Below the pieces are notes generated by a model. It worked only from the letters and a program-made list of their open reading frames with translations, did not search any database and was not told where the DNA came from. From Justusliebigvirus VEcB, in the sequence record OZ035773.1: 64,000 nt of DNA; one strand, given 5' to 3'. The position numbers were made by a program, and so were the translations under genes. How positions within the stretch are numbered: the first letter of the stretch is position 1; every line of letters starts with the position of its first letter. Positions 34,278-43,004 of this stretch are shown here, in pieces.

Positions 34278-34736
34278 ATGAAAGAGGTTAAACATTATCC
34301 ACATGGTCGTAGTTTTGTAGCTGTATGGCATGTTCCTGCTCGTAATGAACTATTTTGTGCATCTTTTCATTACAAAGATGGACAATATTTCACCTATGAC
34401 GAGACGATGGATGATTTTATCCCAGAGTGCGATCATGGGTATACACCAATGTTCTTTAAACGTATGAAAGCTCGTTTCTTCGTTACAGATGTTGATGGTG
34501 AACCTACTTGGCACATCGAAGAAGATTGGCAAGATTCTGTAGATATTAAAGAAGCCCCAGAATGGGCTACACTACTGGTACACGTCAAAACCCCTACTCT
34601 TGACGTTATGGCGTGGGTTAATCATGATGATACCCATTACCAATACATAAATGGTAGCACAGAGATTTCTGGTGAGATTATTGGTCGTTGGAAGCCTACG
34701 AATCAGGTTGCTATTGTCGGGTATAAGACAGTATAA
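34278..34736 (+). CDS. hypothetical protein (152 aa)
   Basis: Track ORF; SD TAAGGAGAAAA. Confidence 0.55.
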   Translation: MKEVKHYPHGRSFVAVWHVPARNELFCASFHYKDGQYFTYDETMDDFIPECDHGYTPMFFKRMKARFFVTDVDGEPTWHIEEDWQDSVDIKEAPEWATLLVHVKTPTLDVMAWVNHDDTHYQYINGSTEISGEIIGRWKPTNQVAIVGYKTV

Positions 34737-34737
34737 T

Positions 34738-34932
34738 ATGAAAAAGAGTGTAGATTGGGATGATTTATCCGATTTTGAAAAATGGTTTTTAGGTAGTGGT
34801 TGTTATGCAGATGGGGATCTCGAAAGAGATCCTTCTGGAAACTACACTATGCCATTAACCCAAGGTTTTTATGAGTGCTGGTGCGCAGCACAAAACAACG
34901 TACTGAATAAGGAGACAACACAATGCAATTAA
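34738..34932 (+). CDS. hypothetical protein (64 aa)
   Basis: From ATG 34738 adjacent to previous stop; weak RBS. Confidence 0.4.
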   Translation: MKKSVDWDDLSDFEKWFLGSGCYADGDLERDPSGNYTMPLTQGFYECWCAAQNNVLNKETTQCN

Positions 34933-35162
34933 ACATCGGACAACCAATTTTTGATGCAGATACTGGTCAATATGCAGTGATTGTTGCTCGTATGAGCGGT
35001 GATGACCTTATTGTTTCAGAACTACTCGGATCAGATCCGCAACTGCGCGTAGTATGTGACCTATATCTTCGAGACGAAAGTGATCGCATTGCACTGAAAG
35101 AAGATGGTATGCTCTACTATACCTGGACTAGAGATCCTGGGGTAACGGAGGTAGAGGTATAA
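34923..35162 (+). CDS. hypothetical protein (79 aa)
   Basis: Track ORF; SD TAAGGAGACA. Confidence 0.55.
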   Translation: MQLNIGQPIFDADTGQYAVIVARMSGDDLIVSELLGSDPQLRVVCDLYLRDESDRIALKEDGMLYYTWTRDPGVTEVEV

Positions 35163-35461
35163 TGGTAAGGAATAGGGGTTTACATAAAAGAAGACACCTT
35201 ACTTACTGGCATCGTAAAGTACATGAACCTGTATCAAAGAAAGAATGGCAATATCTGCCTTATGGGAAGGAGCGAAGAAAGTATCTGTTAGCTCATTTAA
35301 GGGTACATGGTTCTCTTCCTGTTAACAGTAAGTGGCAATTGCAAACAGCTTATGACGAAGATATGAAATATCTGTTAAAGAGAGGCATTATTTGCCTTGT
35401 TAAGATAGGGCGATGGAAATCTCGTCAATCTTATATCGTACTTAAACAGGAGAAACCATGA
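35162..35461 (+). CDS. hypothetical highly basic protein (99 aa)
   Basis: Track ORF; SD ACGGAGGTAGAGG; Lys/Arg/His-rich. Confidence 0.5.
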   Translation: MVRNRGLHKRRHLTYWHRKVHEPVSKKEWQYLPYGKERRKYLLAHLRVHGSLPVNSKWQLQTAYDEDMKYLLKRGIICLVKIGRWKSRQSYIVLKQEKP

Positions 35462-35709
35462 ATATCAAAGATGTTGTAGCATATGTAGAAGATGAAGTTA
35501 AAAACCATACAAGTTTACTGAAAGTAATGGTTGTGGTTAAAAATGGCATTGGACAAGTAAACGTACAACATGTCTTATCTGATACTGTATATAATGTGTT
35601 TGAATGTAAAGACACACCTCATGGAGTACGTGTGGTGTATATTGATAACAATTTCAAAGAGTGTGTGAGACATACCTTAGAAAATGAGCTAAGGATCACA
35701 ATCTTATGA
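35458..35709 (+). CDS. hypothetical protein, paralog family B, short form (83 aa)
   Basis: SD CAGGAGAAACC; similar to N-terminus of 28961 ORF. Confidence 0.55.
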   Translation: MNIKDVVAYVEDEVKNHTSLLKVMVVVKNGIGQVNVQHVLSDTVYNVFECKDTPHGVRVVYIDNNFKECVRHTLENELRITIL

Positions 35710-35879
35710 GTTATTATGTTGTACCCTATGCCAATAAGTGGAGAGTAAGAGAAACTTGTTTTCTATTCTCCTGGTGGGCTACGTTCGGAGATGGTTGTGG
35801 AAATGATACAGGGAAGCCTGTAGAGTACGACACAAAAGAAGAATGTGAACAGTGGATAAAATTAACACAAAGATGTTGA
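35706..35879 (+). CDS. small Cys/Trp-rich protein (57 aa), below track threshold
   Basis: Hand-translated MSYYVVPYANKWRVRETCFLFSWWATFGDGCGNDTGKPVEYDTKEECEQWIKLTQRC; ATGA overlap with previous stop. Confidence 0.35.
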   Translation: MSYYVVPYANKWRVRETCFLFSWWATFGDGCGNDTGKPVEYDTKEECEQWIKLTQRC

Positions 35880-35932
35880 CACGATCTTAACTTCTTGTTA
35901 GTATCAATGTGTACTAACGATAAGGAGGGTTT

Positions 35933-36157
35933 ATGAAGTCTGTAAACAAGTTGCAACAATTTTTGTTATCAACAGCAATCTTTTTGCTTTTGTTAATTGG
36001 TATTCTGTATGGTGCATCTAACTTATACAATCTACATAATGATGTAGAACAGAATAAAGAGAAGTGCATCATTCTAAAACACAAGAAACAAGCAGAAGAT
36101 TTCTTAAAGAATAAGTGTTACAACTACATTGATTATGAGGAGACAAACAATGATTAA
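35933..36157 (+). CDS. small membrane-anchored protein, paralog family C (74 aa)
   Basis: SD TAAGGAGGG; N-terminal TM helix, C-terminal KEKCIILKHKKQAEDFLKNKC motif. Confidence 0.55.
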   Translation: MKSVNKLQQFLLSTAIFLLLLIGILYGASNLYNLHNDVEQNKEKCIILKHKKQAEDFLKNKCYNYIDYEETNND

Positions 36158-36392
36158 AGAATTAGGTATGCGAGTATACAGTGAGTGGACTCCAAGCAAT
36201 GGCCCAGGAGTTGTTGCAGCTAAATGTATCAATGGTCGTATTGAGTACCTGGAAGGGTATGAAGATAATGAAGAGTTAGTAGATTATGCTAAATCTTTTA
36301 TTGAAGATGATACAGACTTTATTGTATTATATGATACAGGAGAGTTAGAGTATGGATATGATGGAGATGGGGATATCTTTGAACTTCAATAA
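36150..36392 (+). CDS. hypothetical acidic protein (80 aa)
   Basis: From ATG 36150 with SD GAGGAGACAAACA. Confidence 0.5.
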   Translation: MIKELGMRVYSEWTPSNGPGVVAAKCINGRIEYLEGYEDNEELVDYAKSFIEDDTDFIVLYDTGELEYGYDGDGDIFELQ

Positions 36393-36486
36393 GAGTAGTA
36401 AGTAAGGTATAAAGAGTATATAGTTAGTTATAGAGTTAGTAACATTACATATACTCTTTCTATGTATAACATGGAATATTCTCTAC

Positions 36487-36540
36487 CTCGCTATCGCTCG
36501 GTATATAAGATTAGGGTAGCATGTTTTTTACGAAAAGTAA
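36487..36540 (+). repeat. conserved ~55-bp non-coding element, copy B (CTCGCTATCGCTCG ... TTAGGGTAGCATGTTTTTT)
   Basis: Matches element at ~9584-9640. Confidence 0.4.
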
Positions 36541-36599
36541 AACTGTTTGTACCGATTGATAGCAGGTTTTTAATAGATTTTATCTATGAGGAGTAGAAA

Positions 36600-36818
36600 G
36601 TGTACAAATTATATAAAGCAAAAGATAAGTTTACGGGTAATACATCTGGTTTCTATGTAACACCTCGGGGTGTTGCTGTGTTCGATTGGATCTCCGGTAC
36701 TCCAGATCGGGAAATGATCTCTCTTGTAAAACTGTCGGAACAAGAGTACACTTACGGTGACATTACAACATTCTATTCTCGTGCAGAAAATCCAAAACTG
36801 ATTGCGGAGTGGGAATAA
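36600..36818 (+). CDS. hypothetical protein (72 aa), GTG start
   Basis: Track ORF; SD GAGGAG 7 nt upstream of GTG. Confidence 0.45.
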   Translation: MYKLYKAKDKFTGNTSGFYVTPRGVAVFDWISGTPDREMISLVKLSEQEYTYGDITTFYSRAENPKLIAEWE

Positions 36819-37081
36819 TGGTTACACGATATGACTTAGAGGTGTACAGCCAAGGTGCTGCTGGTCAATGTGATATTGTACCAGATCCAGAAGGGGATTA
36901 TGTTCTTCTTGCTGATTACAATAAGCTAGAAGAAAGACTTCTGGCTGTGTATGCTAAAGAGAACAAAACAATCTGCCCTTATTGCAGTGGAATGGGTTGG
37001 GTAGTTGCAGATGTTGGACAAATGTATGAATGTGTGCCTTGTAAAACCACAGGATTTATTGAAAAGGATACTGACAAATGA
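36818..37081 (+). CDS. hypothetical Cys-rich protein, paralog family D (87 aa)
   Basis: From ATG 36818; QCDIVPDPEGDYVLLADYNKLEE similar to 31450 ORF; C-terminal CPYCSG...CVPC. Confidence 0.5.
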   Translation: MVTRYDLEVYSQGAAGQCDIVPDPEGDYVLLADYNKLEERLLAVYAKENKTICPYCSGMGWVVADVGQMYECVPCKTTGFIEKDTDK

Positions 37082-37326
37082 CTGTAGCAGATAAAATGAG
37101 AGAACTGGCAGAAAACGCAGAACTTAACAAAGCAAAAGAGAGTTTACAAAACGTCTACGCGTATATTGAAAGAGCAGCTAAAGATGGAGACAGAGAAGCT
37201 GCTATATACACGCTCTATCCAACTTTCGTAAAAGTTAGCTTGGATGCTGAAGGTTTTTCAACTTTTATTGATACAGAAACATCTCATTACGATGAAAACT
37301 TTACTCGAATAGTTATTCGATGGTAA
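37078..37326 (+). CDS. hypothetical protein (82 aa)
   Basis: Track ORF; 4-nt overlap with previous gene. Confidence 0.5.
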   Translation: MTVADKMRELAENAELNKAKESLQNVYAYIERAAKDGDREAAIYTLYPTFVKVSLDAEGFSTFIDTETSHYDENFTRIVIRW

Positions 37327-37431
37327 ATTTCTGATATTTATGCGCCCTGGCTACCTGGGCGTAATAAATTCAGCTTATATTTGATCCGCGCCTTCGGCGC
37401 TTAGGCAAAGCCACGCCACACAGGAGAGTTT

Positions 37432-37842
37432 ATGTTCAAATGGTTAAAAGAGTTTCTAACATCTTTGGCAGAACCTAAGCAAGATGTTATTAAAAGCTCT
37501 ATCACAGGAAAACCGCTTGTTATAGTTACAGGCGGCTTTGGTCATGGGTTTTCTCTTAAACAAACAGATATAGGTTTACAGGGATCTTTGATTAGTTTTA
37601 GAATCACTCAATTAGGAGATAATAGACAAACAATCTTAGACCTTTTCAATGGGGAATTTGATGACTATTTATCCAAGAGTGGTAAAGAACGTCTGATCGA
37701 GCATATAAAACACCGCTATGAGCATGGTGGTTACTACTTAGATACAAAACGTAATGCACAAGGTGATCTTGACATAGTTCGTATAGCGTGGGATAATGAA
37801 TTTAAAACTAAACTTGGTAAACTTCTGGAGGAGTTATGGTAA
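37432..37842 (+). CDS. hypothetical protein (136 aa)
   Basis: Track ORF; SD CAGGAGAG. Confidence 0.55.
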   Translation: MFKWLKEFLTSLAEPKQDVIKSSITGKPLVIVTGGFGHGFSLKQTDIGLQGSLISFRITQLGDNRQTILDLFNGEFDDYLSKSGKERLIEHIKHRYEHGGYYLDTKRNAQGDLDIVRIAWDNEFKTKLGKLLEELW

Positions 37843-38018
37843 ATATTAAAACAGGTGATATTGTACGTCTTGCTAGTGAAGAAATGTTAATGACTGTAAT
37901 GGTATCTACCTACGATACTTGCGAAGTGGTGTGGTTTGATGTTAATGAACAACTACAGAAAGCTACATTTGATAAACGTATGCTTCGTAAAGTTGAAGAA
38001 GTGAAGGAGGAAGAATAA
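37836..38018 (+). CDS. hypothetical protein (60 aa)
   Basis: Track ORF; SD GGAGGAG. Confidence 0.5.
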   Translation: MVNIKTGDIVRLASEEMLMTVMVSTYDTCEVVWFDVNEQLQKATFDKRMLRKVEEVKEEE

Positions 38019-38019
38019 T

Positions 38020-38232
38020 ATGGGAATGTTGCTTCGTGTTTTTGTGTTTCTTATGTTCTGGATTATCGTTGGTAACGGTATTGTATTTTTGATTTTTCCT
38101 GAAGTGATGACAGGTAATGAAAATAAGGCAGTGCCTTACATTATGCTTATCGGTTACGGTATTGGTACACTTGGACTACTGTTTGCTGATTGGTTGATCA
38201 ATACTTTGTTCTCTAAGTACAGGAACAACTAA
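38020..38232 (+). CDS. small membrane protein (70 aa, 2 TM segments)
   Basis: Track ORF; SD GAAGGAGGAAG; hydrophobic. Confidence 0.55.
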   Translation: MGMLLRVFVFLMFWIIVGNGIVFLIFPEVMTGNENKAVPYIMLIGYGIGTLGLLFADWLINTLFSKYRNN

Positions 38233-38233
38233 T

Positions 38234-38506
38234 ATGTCGGAAAAATTACCTAACGTTTTCTTTTGTTTTGTAGATTGCGTTACACAAGAAATTATAGTTG
38301 ACGAAGAAGGTATGTTTACTTATTTTGCATCTGAAGAAGAGGCAAAACTATCAGCTATGAAGTGTATAAGCCAATTGTCAGTACCTGCTGTCAACAGGTT
38401 CGGTATTGCACAGGTGTATAAAACAGTAACAGAGTTTACACCAGATCGAAAACTAACTTTTCTTAACGTTCACTTTGTTTGTAAGTTTAGTGAACTACGA
38501 CATTAA
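38234..38506 (+). CDS. hypothetical protein (90 aa)
   Basis: Track ORF. Confidence 0.5.
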   Translation: MSEKLPNVFFCFVDCVTQEIIVDEEGMFTYFASEEEAKLSAMKCISQLSVPAVNRFGIAQVYKTVTEFTPDRKLTFLNVHFVCKFSELRH

Positions 38507-38519
38507 ATCAGGAGTAAAA

Positions 38520-39119
38520 ATGAAAGAATATTGGAGTGGTGAGAAGGGCTTGCTAAAGTCAGGAATGCTTTTGCGAGTAAAGAACATGTTGATCACACAA
38601 GATTACATAATGCCTAATCCTGGAGCATTAGTAGAATTCCTTACTGCGCGAGATCAACCTGGGGTTGGTGAAATGTGGATTGTAACGTGGATATCTCTCG
38701 ATAGTAAATTACGCGTTGCTCCTATTGACCCAAAACACTTGGAATCTCCTTACGCCAGCATTGATTCTCGGATCATAGATTTGGCTAGAGTTTATAAGGC
38801 TAGGACTGGTGTAGAATTAGATGTAGAAATTTTAAATCAATGTATTGACTTCTTACCTGAAAAAGTGCATAATGCACAACAAGAAGATAGCGGTTTAGAA
38901 GTTATTCTTCTGAATGATGGGATGTTCTCTGGTCTGGCATCTGTAGATTTTCCAATAACATTAAGATTGTTACCTGGGGAATACGTACTGGATGACACTA
39001 CTATTGCTATATCCTCTAAAATTTTAGAACTCATTCCAGGTGCAAGGTGTGTTGGTGATACATCTTCCTTGCTGTTTACTCTGAATGAAGAAGCCATTAT
39101 AGTTAAAAAGGAGAAGTAA
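38520..39119 (+). CDS. hypothetical protein (199 aa)
   Basis: From ATG 38520 with SD CAGGAGTAAAA; track ORF starts 15 codons upstream. Confidence 0.55.
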   Translation: MKEYWSGEKGLLKSGMLLRVKNMLITQDYIMPNPGALVEFLTARDQPGVGEMWIVTWISLDSKLRVAPIDPKHLESPYASIDSRIIDLARVYKARTGVELDVEILNQCIDFLPEKVHNAQQEDSGLEVILLNDGMFSGLASVDFPITLRLLPGEYVLDDTTIAISSKILELIPGARCVGDTSSLLFTLNEEAIIVKKEK

Positions 39120-39224
39120 ATGATGACGTTTATTGTTGGTGTTGTTGTTGGTTATTTTGGTCACAAGTATCAGGATGTTATCATCGCTAAAGTTGACGAA
39201 GTAATCGAAAAATTTAAACACTAA
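39120..39224 (+). CDS. 34-aa peptide with hydrophobic N-terminus
   Basis: Hand-translated MMTFIVGVVVGYFGHKYQDVIIAKVDEVIEKFKH; strong SD AAAAGGAGAAG. Confidence 0.35.
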   Translation: MMTFIVGVVVGYFGHKYQDVIIAKVDEVIEKFKH

Positions 39225-39275
39225 TTTTCTAAAAGGCTGTACTATTGTGCAGCCTATCTTTCAAAGGAGAGTAAA

Positions 39276-39449
39276 ATGTTCAAAGATACCAATTATAAAT
39301 GTGTACATTGTGGTAAATCTTTTGGTGATCACAAAGCTAAAACATTCAATTGTCCACGAAAAGGGCGAGGTAGCTTTAAAGGTTTTAATCCATCTCACGT
39401 TTATTCTCCCAACTACGAGAAACCAGAAGAAGAAAAATTTGTAATCTGA
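39276..39449 (+). CDS. small zinc-ribbon-like protein (57 aa)
   Basis: Hand-translated MFKDTNYKCVHCGKSFGDHKAKTFNCPRKGRG...; SD AAAGGAGAG; preferred over overlapping track ORF 39247-39444 which has no RBS. Confidence 0.45.
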   Translation: MFKDTNYKCVHCGKSFGDHKAKTFNCPRKGRGSFKGFNPSHVYSPNYEKPEEEKFVI

Positions 39450-39458
39450 GGAGGCAAT

Positions 39459-39746
39459 ATGGAACTAGTGCAAGAAGTTTATGAAAAACTGAAAGAAGAG
39501 AATCTTGATTGGCCTGAACATGCTCTTATTGTCGTCAAAGATACTAATGGTGAAATAAAATTCTCAAGTGTAAGTGAAGATGATGTTGTTTTAAGTCCTA
39601 CAGGATATTATATGAGAGGTGTTACGTGTCTATTCAACACCAAAGTGTATCCTGAAATTAAACTTAGTTACGGTGAACCTGATCATCCAGAAATCGTTAC
39701 ACGTAATGAATATGAAAATTATTATTTTGCTCGTGAAAGCAAATAA
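39459..39746 (+). CDS. hypothetical protein (95 aa)
   Basis: Track ORF; SD TGAGGAGG. Confidence 0.55.
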   Translation: MELVQEVYEKLKEENLDWPEHALIVVKDTNGEIKFSSVSEDDVVLSPTGYYMRGVTCLFNTKVYPEIKLSYGEPDHPEIVTRNEYENYYFARESK

Positions 39747-39754
39747 GGAAAACT

Positions 39755-40078
39755 ATGCAAAAAATAAACACTGGTTCTCGTCCTAAACAGAAGCAAACAA
39801 AAGCAAGGGTATCTTATGTTGACAACTCTTGTTATAATTTCAAAAATGTTAAAGAAGTTATCATTGATGAAAAAGAAGGTTTGATTCACATTTCATCTGA
39901 ACGTTTGAAAGGTAGTGTTACTCTTCGTGAGAATGTATCTATACCTATGAAAGTTGTGGCTACACTCTGTGTTGATAAACCAGATGTTGTTAACTACTAT
40001 GTGTTCCGTGATAGTTGTATTTCATTACATAATAAGATTTTTAAATCTTCGCACGTTAAAACAAAACACATTGTATAA
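39755..40078 (+). CDS. hypothetical protein (107 aa)
   Basis: Track ORF; SD TAAGGAAAA. Confidence 0.55.
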   Translation: MQKINTGSRPKQKQTKARVSYVDNSCYNFKNVKEVIIDEKEGLIHISSERLKGSVTLRENVSIPMKVVATLCVDKPDVVNYYVFRDSCISLHNKIFKSSHVKTKHIV

Positions 40079-40083
40079 CACAT

Positions 40084-40108
40084 AAACCCGCTTCGGCGGG
40101 TTTTCTTG
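40084..40108 (+). terminator. rho-independent terminator
   Basis: CCCGC-ttcg-GCGGG followed by TTTTCTTG. Confidence 0.65.
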
Positions 40109-40163
40109 TATGTGTGTTCTTTATTTGTTATAAGTATTCTTAGCATAAACAATAGGAGGTATT

Positions 40164-40385
40164 ATGTCTGTAGTTGTAGAAGGTAGTATTGGTTTCTTAG
40201 TAGATAACCCTCACCCTTTCGTGGTTAAGGTTCATATTCAAGAAAAGGTAAGCAACAATACGTGGTTGTGCTTGTTAGATAGTAAGATACACTCTTATAC
40301 AGAGGTTTATCTTCATACTTGGCAAATTGGTACGATAACAGCAGAGGATGAATTGATAATTGAATTATATGAACGAGATCTATAG
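40164..40385 (+). CDS. hypothetical protein (73 aa)
   Basis: Track ORF; SD TAGGAGG. Confidence 0.5.
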   Translation: MSVVVEGSIGFLVDNPHPFVVKVHIQEKVSNNTWLCLLDSKIHSYTEVYLHTWQIGTITAEDELIIELYERDL

Positions 40386-40464
40386 ATGACTTTACTAGAG
40401 AGTATCGTAGTGTTAATCATCCTTATCATTGTTGTCATAGGATATTTTACAGAAGACTAAAAAT

Positions 40465-40500
40465 AAAGCCCCTAGAATCGCTTCTAGGGGCTTTTGTTTG
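40465..40500 (+). terminator. rho-independent terminator at end of plus-strand block
   Basis: AAAGCCCCTAGAA-tcgc-TTCTAGGGGCTTT followed by TGTTTG. Confidence 0.65.
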
Positions 40501-40561
40501 CATTAGATAGGGAAACGTATTACTAAAATAAAAAATGCGTTAGAATGCGTTACAGGAGGTT

Positions 40562-40819
40562 TTAGGAATGCATAAAATCTTCTTCAGGGCAGGTTGAGAG
40601 ATAAGAGATGCACGTTGGGACAACAACAACATTATCTTTAAGGTTTGCAACCAAGCCTTTTGTAATTCCAGCCACTGCCCCGTTAATATCTGCTTGACGG
40701 ATACCAAAACCTTGTTGTGCGGATAGATAACAAAATCCCTCACCTTTCTGTTGATTATTATTGAAGTAATAAACGTAGTGCATCATAAAATGGTCTTTAA
40801 CGATTTGTTCTGTGGTCAT
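40562..40819 (-). CDS. hypothetical protein (85 aa); last gene of minus-strand arm
   Basis: Track ORF; SD AGGAGAATA. Confidence 0.5.
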   Translation of the reverse strand: MTTEQIVKDHFMMHYVYYFNNNQQKGEGFCYLSAQQGFGIRQADINGAVAGITKGLVANLKDNVVVVPTCISYLSTCPEEDFMHS

Positions 40820-40832
40820 AATATTCTCCTAT

Positions 40833-40856
40833 AAGAAAAGGGGCTTTCGCCCCCTT
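40833..40856 (-). terminator. rho-independent terminator (minus strand)
   Basis: GGGGC-gaaa-GCCCC followed by TTTTCTT on minus strand, just downstream of Sir2-like gene. Confidence 0.55.
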
Positions 40857-40863
40857 GGTTAAG

Positions 40864-41676
40864 TTATTTAGTCAAATGATCTTCTATCATTTTTATGAAA
40901 GCAGGATTGCTAAAAGCATCTGCGGCCTTTTCTCGATAAACAAAAACTCCTCTATCTTCGTAAAGAAGAGTTTCTTCGTAATTAATTCCTGGGTTAACAA
41001 CAATCATTTTTGTACCCATACTAAGTGCAGGGAATAATTCCCAATTAAAATTGATAACTTGGTTTGAACATCCTACTACAACAACCAAATCTTGCATGGT
41101 CAAAGTATCAAACAAGTGATCCATATCTGCATACAAAGGTGCAGCCTCACCAAAAAATACAACATTAGGCTTCACCCAGTTATAATCATCTATGTTTATA
41201 CTATTGTAACCAATGTCTACCAGTGTTTTGTAATCTCCAGGATGCATACGGTAAACTACTTCAGGAAGATATCCGTGCACGTGGATAACAGAATCCCTGT
41301 CTACACCTGCTCGCTCTAGTAGATCATCAACGTTTGTTGTCAAGTTTACTACTTGGTTAGGATATTCCTTAAACCACTTTGCTATTTGAATATGTGCAGC
41401 ATTAGGTTGTACATCTTTAAGCTCAACACGTCTTTTGTTATAAAATTCGTGTGTTTTGGCATACAAATCCATACCGTTTTCGTCTACACCACCAACCACT
41501 GGAAGATCTGGTGATGTTCTCACACGATAACCTGCTTGGAAAGCTCCAATATCGCAGATCTCTTCTAAATCCCATTCTTCCCATAGGGCACGACCACTAT
41601 CTGTGTCTGTTCGGAATGTTCGAATCCCACTGTCTGCACTTAAACCAGCTCCACTAACAAAAATTACTCTTCGCAT
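40864..41676 (-). CDS. Sir2 (sirtuin)-family protein lacking the zinc-ribbon module
   Basis: Sirtuin motifs GAGLSADSGIRTFR, TTNVDDL, VIHVHG, VVFFGE, VVVVGCS; no CxxC...CxxC pair; SD AAGAGGA. Confidence 0.7.
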   Translation of the reverse strand: MRRVIFVSGAGLSADSGIRTFRTDTDSGRALWEEWDLEEICDIGAFQAGYRVRTSPDLPVVGGVDENGMDLYAKTHEFYNKRRVELKDVQPNAAHIQIAKWFKEYPNQVVNLTTNVDDLLERAGVDRDSVIHVHGYLPEVVYRMHPGDYKTLVDIGYNSINIDDYNWVKPNVVFFGEAAPLYADMDHLFDTLTMQDLVVVVGCSNQVINFNWELFPALSMGTKMIVVNPGINYEETLLYEDRGVFVYREKAADAFSNPAFIKMIEDHLTK

Positions 41677-42218
41677 TCAATATCCTCTTCGTAATCATCA
41701 TCCCAAGAAGATGCGTCGTAACGCTCTTCCTCTTCGAAATCCCAATTAATTTCTACTCCAAAATCTAAAAACAATTTAACAATGTTTTCTGTAGAGTAGT
41801 ATTTATCATAAGCATCAGCTAGTTCCCAATACTTGTCACTCAATTTTTTATATTTAGGATCATTATAGTCATAATCTACTTTATAACCATAATCATACAT
41901 CTCTTGTTCAGCTTTAAGCATAGCTTCTGGCGTAAGAAGATTAGGGAACGGACGATTTCTTTCTTTTAACTTAGAAACAATCCAGTTTGCAACATTTGCC
42001 ACTTCACCATCTTGATTATCACCTAAACAACTTGCATAATCTCCATCTTCGTAAGTGCCTAAATCCCCACAGACTTCATGTACAATAGATGAATACGATC
42101 CACACGTTTCACAATCTGAAAAAGTGTCTACTGTTGTAATATCAATAGATAAAACTGGTAAAGCCATAGCTTCTTTCACACAAGCCTCCTCATATAATAA
42201 CATATCATCAAAACCCAT
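41664..42218 (-). CDS. hypothetical acidic protein (184 aa)
   Basis: Start placed at ATG 42218 with SD GGAGGATAT; track ORF 5 codons longer. Confidence 0.5.
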   Translation of the reverse strand: MGFDDMLLYEEACVKEAMALPVLSIDITTVDTFSDCETCGSYSSIVHEVCGDLGTYEDGDYASCLGDNQDGEVANVANWIVSKLKERNRPFPNLLTPEAMLKAEQEMYDYGYKVDYDYNDPKYKKLSDKYWELADAYDKYYSTENIVKLFLDFGVEINWDFEEEERYDASSWDDDYEEDIECEE

Positions 42219-42231
42219 ATATCCTCCACAC

Positions 42232-42256
42232 AAATAAAGCCCCTGATTGGGGCTTT
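42232..42256 (-). terminator. rho-independent terminator (minus strand)
   Basis: AGCCCC-aatca-GGGGCT followed by TTATTTG on minus strand. Confidence 0.5.
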
Positions 42257-42272
42257 GGTTAAGTTTTACGGA

Positions 42273-42881
42273 TTATACCAGACTTTTAAGGTACTTGTCA
42301 AGGGCTTCTTGATCACCTTGACAAACATAGCAACGGAAGTCTTGAGCAGAAGGTTCTTTGTCCTCGTCCCAATCCCAATAAACAGTACCTTTATAACGTG
42401 AACCTGGGAACTCGAAATATGCTGTATGAGTAATATGATGTGGGCCACCCCAAAACTGTGTAAAAGTAAATTGAGGATACGCTGCTTTAACTGTATTTTC
42501 AAACCAAGTTTTACGATCTAACGCTTCGTTTATAAAATAAGCATGGCGTTCCATTTCATCCCAGTTTTTCCAAACGCATTTTTCATCCAGAGAAAAAACA
42601 AAATCTTCACTGTTGAATTCATCTGTATCTTCCAAAATATCATAATCATGTGCACTAGGTATCCACCATCCAGCTTCTAATAGTGCTTTCACGGGTACAA
42701 AACCTTTTTCAGCATATTGATCAAATTCTTTTACTCTACGTACAGTGCAGTATTCATCTTCACCACCAATGTCCAGTAGACAAGCACCTTTGCGTCTTGC
42801 TGCAAGACCATGTGTATCAAAAACTACAACACTACCTTCACCATCTTCACGATCTACTTGATATGCAACTTTTTGAGTCAT
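42273..42881 (-). CDS. hypothetical protein (202 aa)
   Basis: Track ORF; SD GGGGGTAAT. Confidence 0.55.
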   Translation of the reverse strand: MTQKVAYQVDREDGEGSVVVFDTHGLAARRKGACLLDIGGEDEYCTVRRVKEFDQYAEKGFVPVKALLEAGWWIPSAHDYDILEDTDEFNSEDFVFSLDEKCVWKNWDEMERHAYFINEALDRKTWFENTVKAAYPQFTFTQFWGGPHHITHTAYFEFPGSRYKGTVYWDWDEDKEPSAQDFRCYVCQGDQEALDKYLKSLV

Positions 42882-43004
42882 ATTACCCCCAATGTATATG
42901 GGAAATTAACCAAAAGATAAATTCCCAAAAACACCAACCAAGAAAAGTTAATGGAATTATAAAAGCTATCAGAGCAGTCTTCCAGCCTTTCCACAATGTT
43001 TCCA

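Noticed and set aside
37380-37410. Hairpin GCGCC-ttc-GGCGC as a terminator
   Set aside because: No downstream U-tract; more likely an RNA processing or stability element or coincidental.
39247-39444. Track ORF 39247-39444 (65 aa)
   Set aside because: GTG start without RBS; an alternative frame (39276-39449) has a strong SD and a zinc-ribbon-like Cys pattern, so that one was preferred.
40386-40460. 24-aa hydrophobic micro-ORF (MTLLESIVVLIILIIVVIGYFTED) before the 40465 terminator
   Set aside because: Weak RBS and very short; may simply be terminator-proximal sequence. Not reported as a feature.
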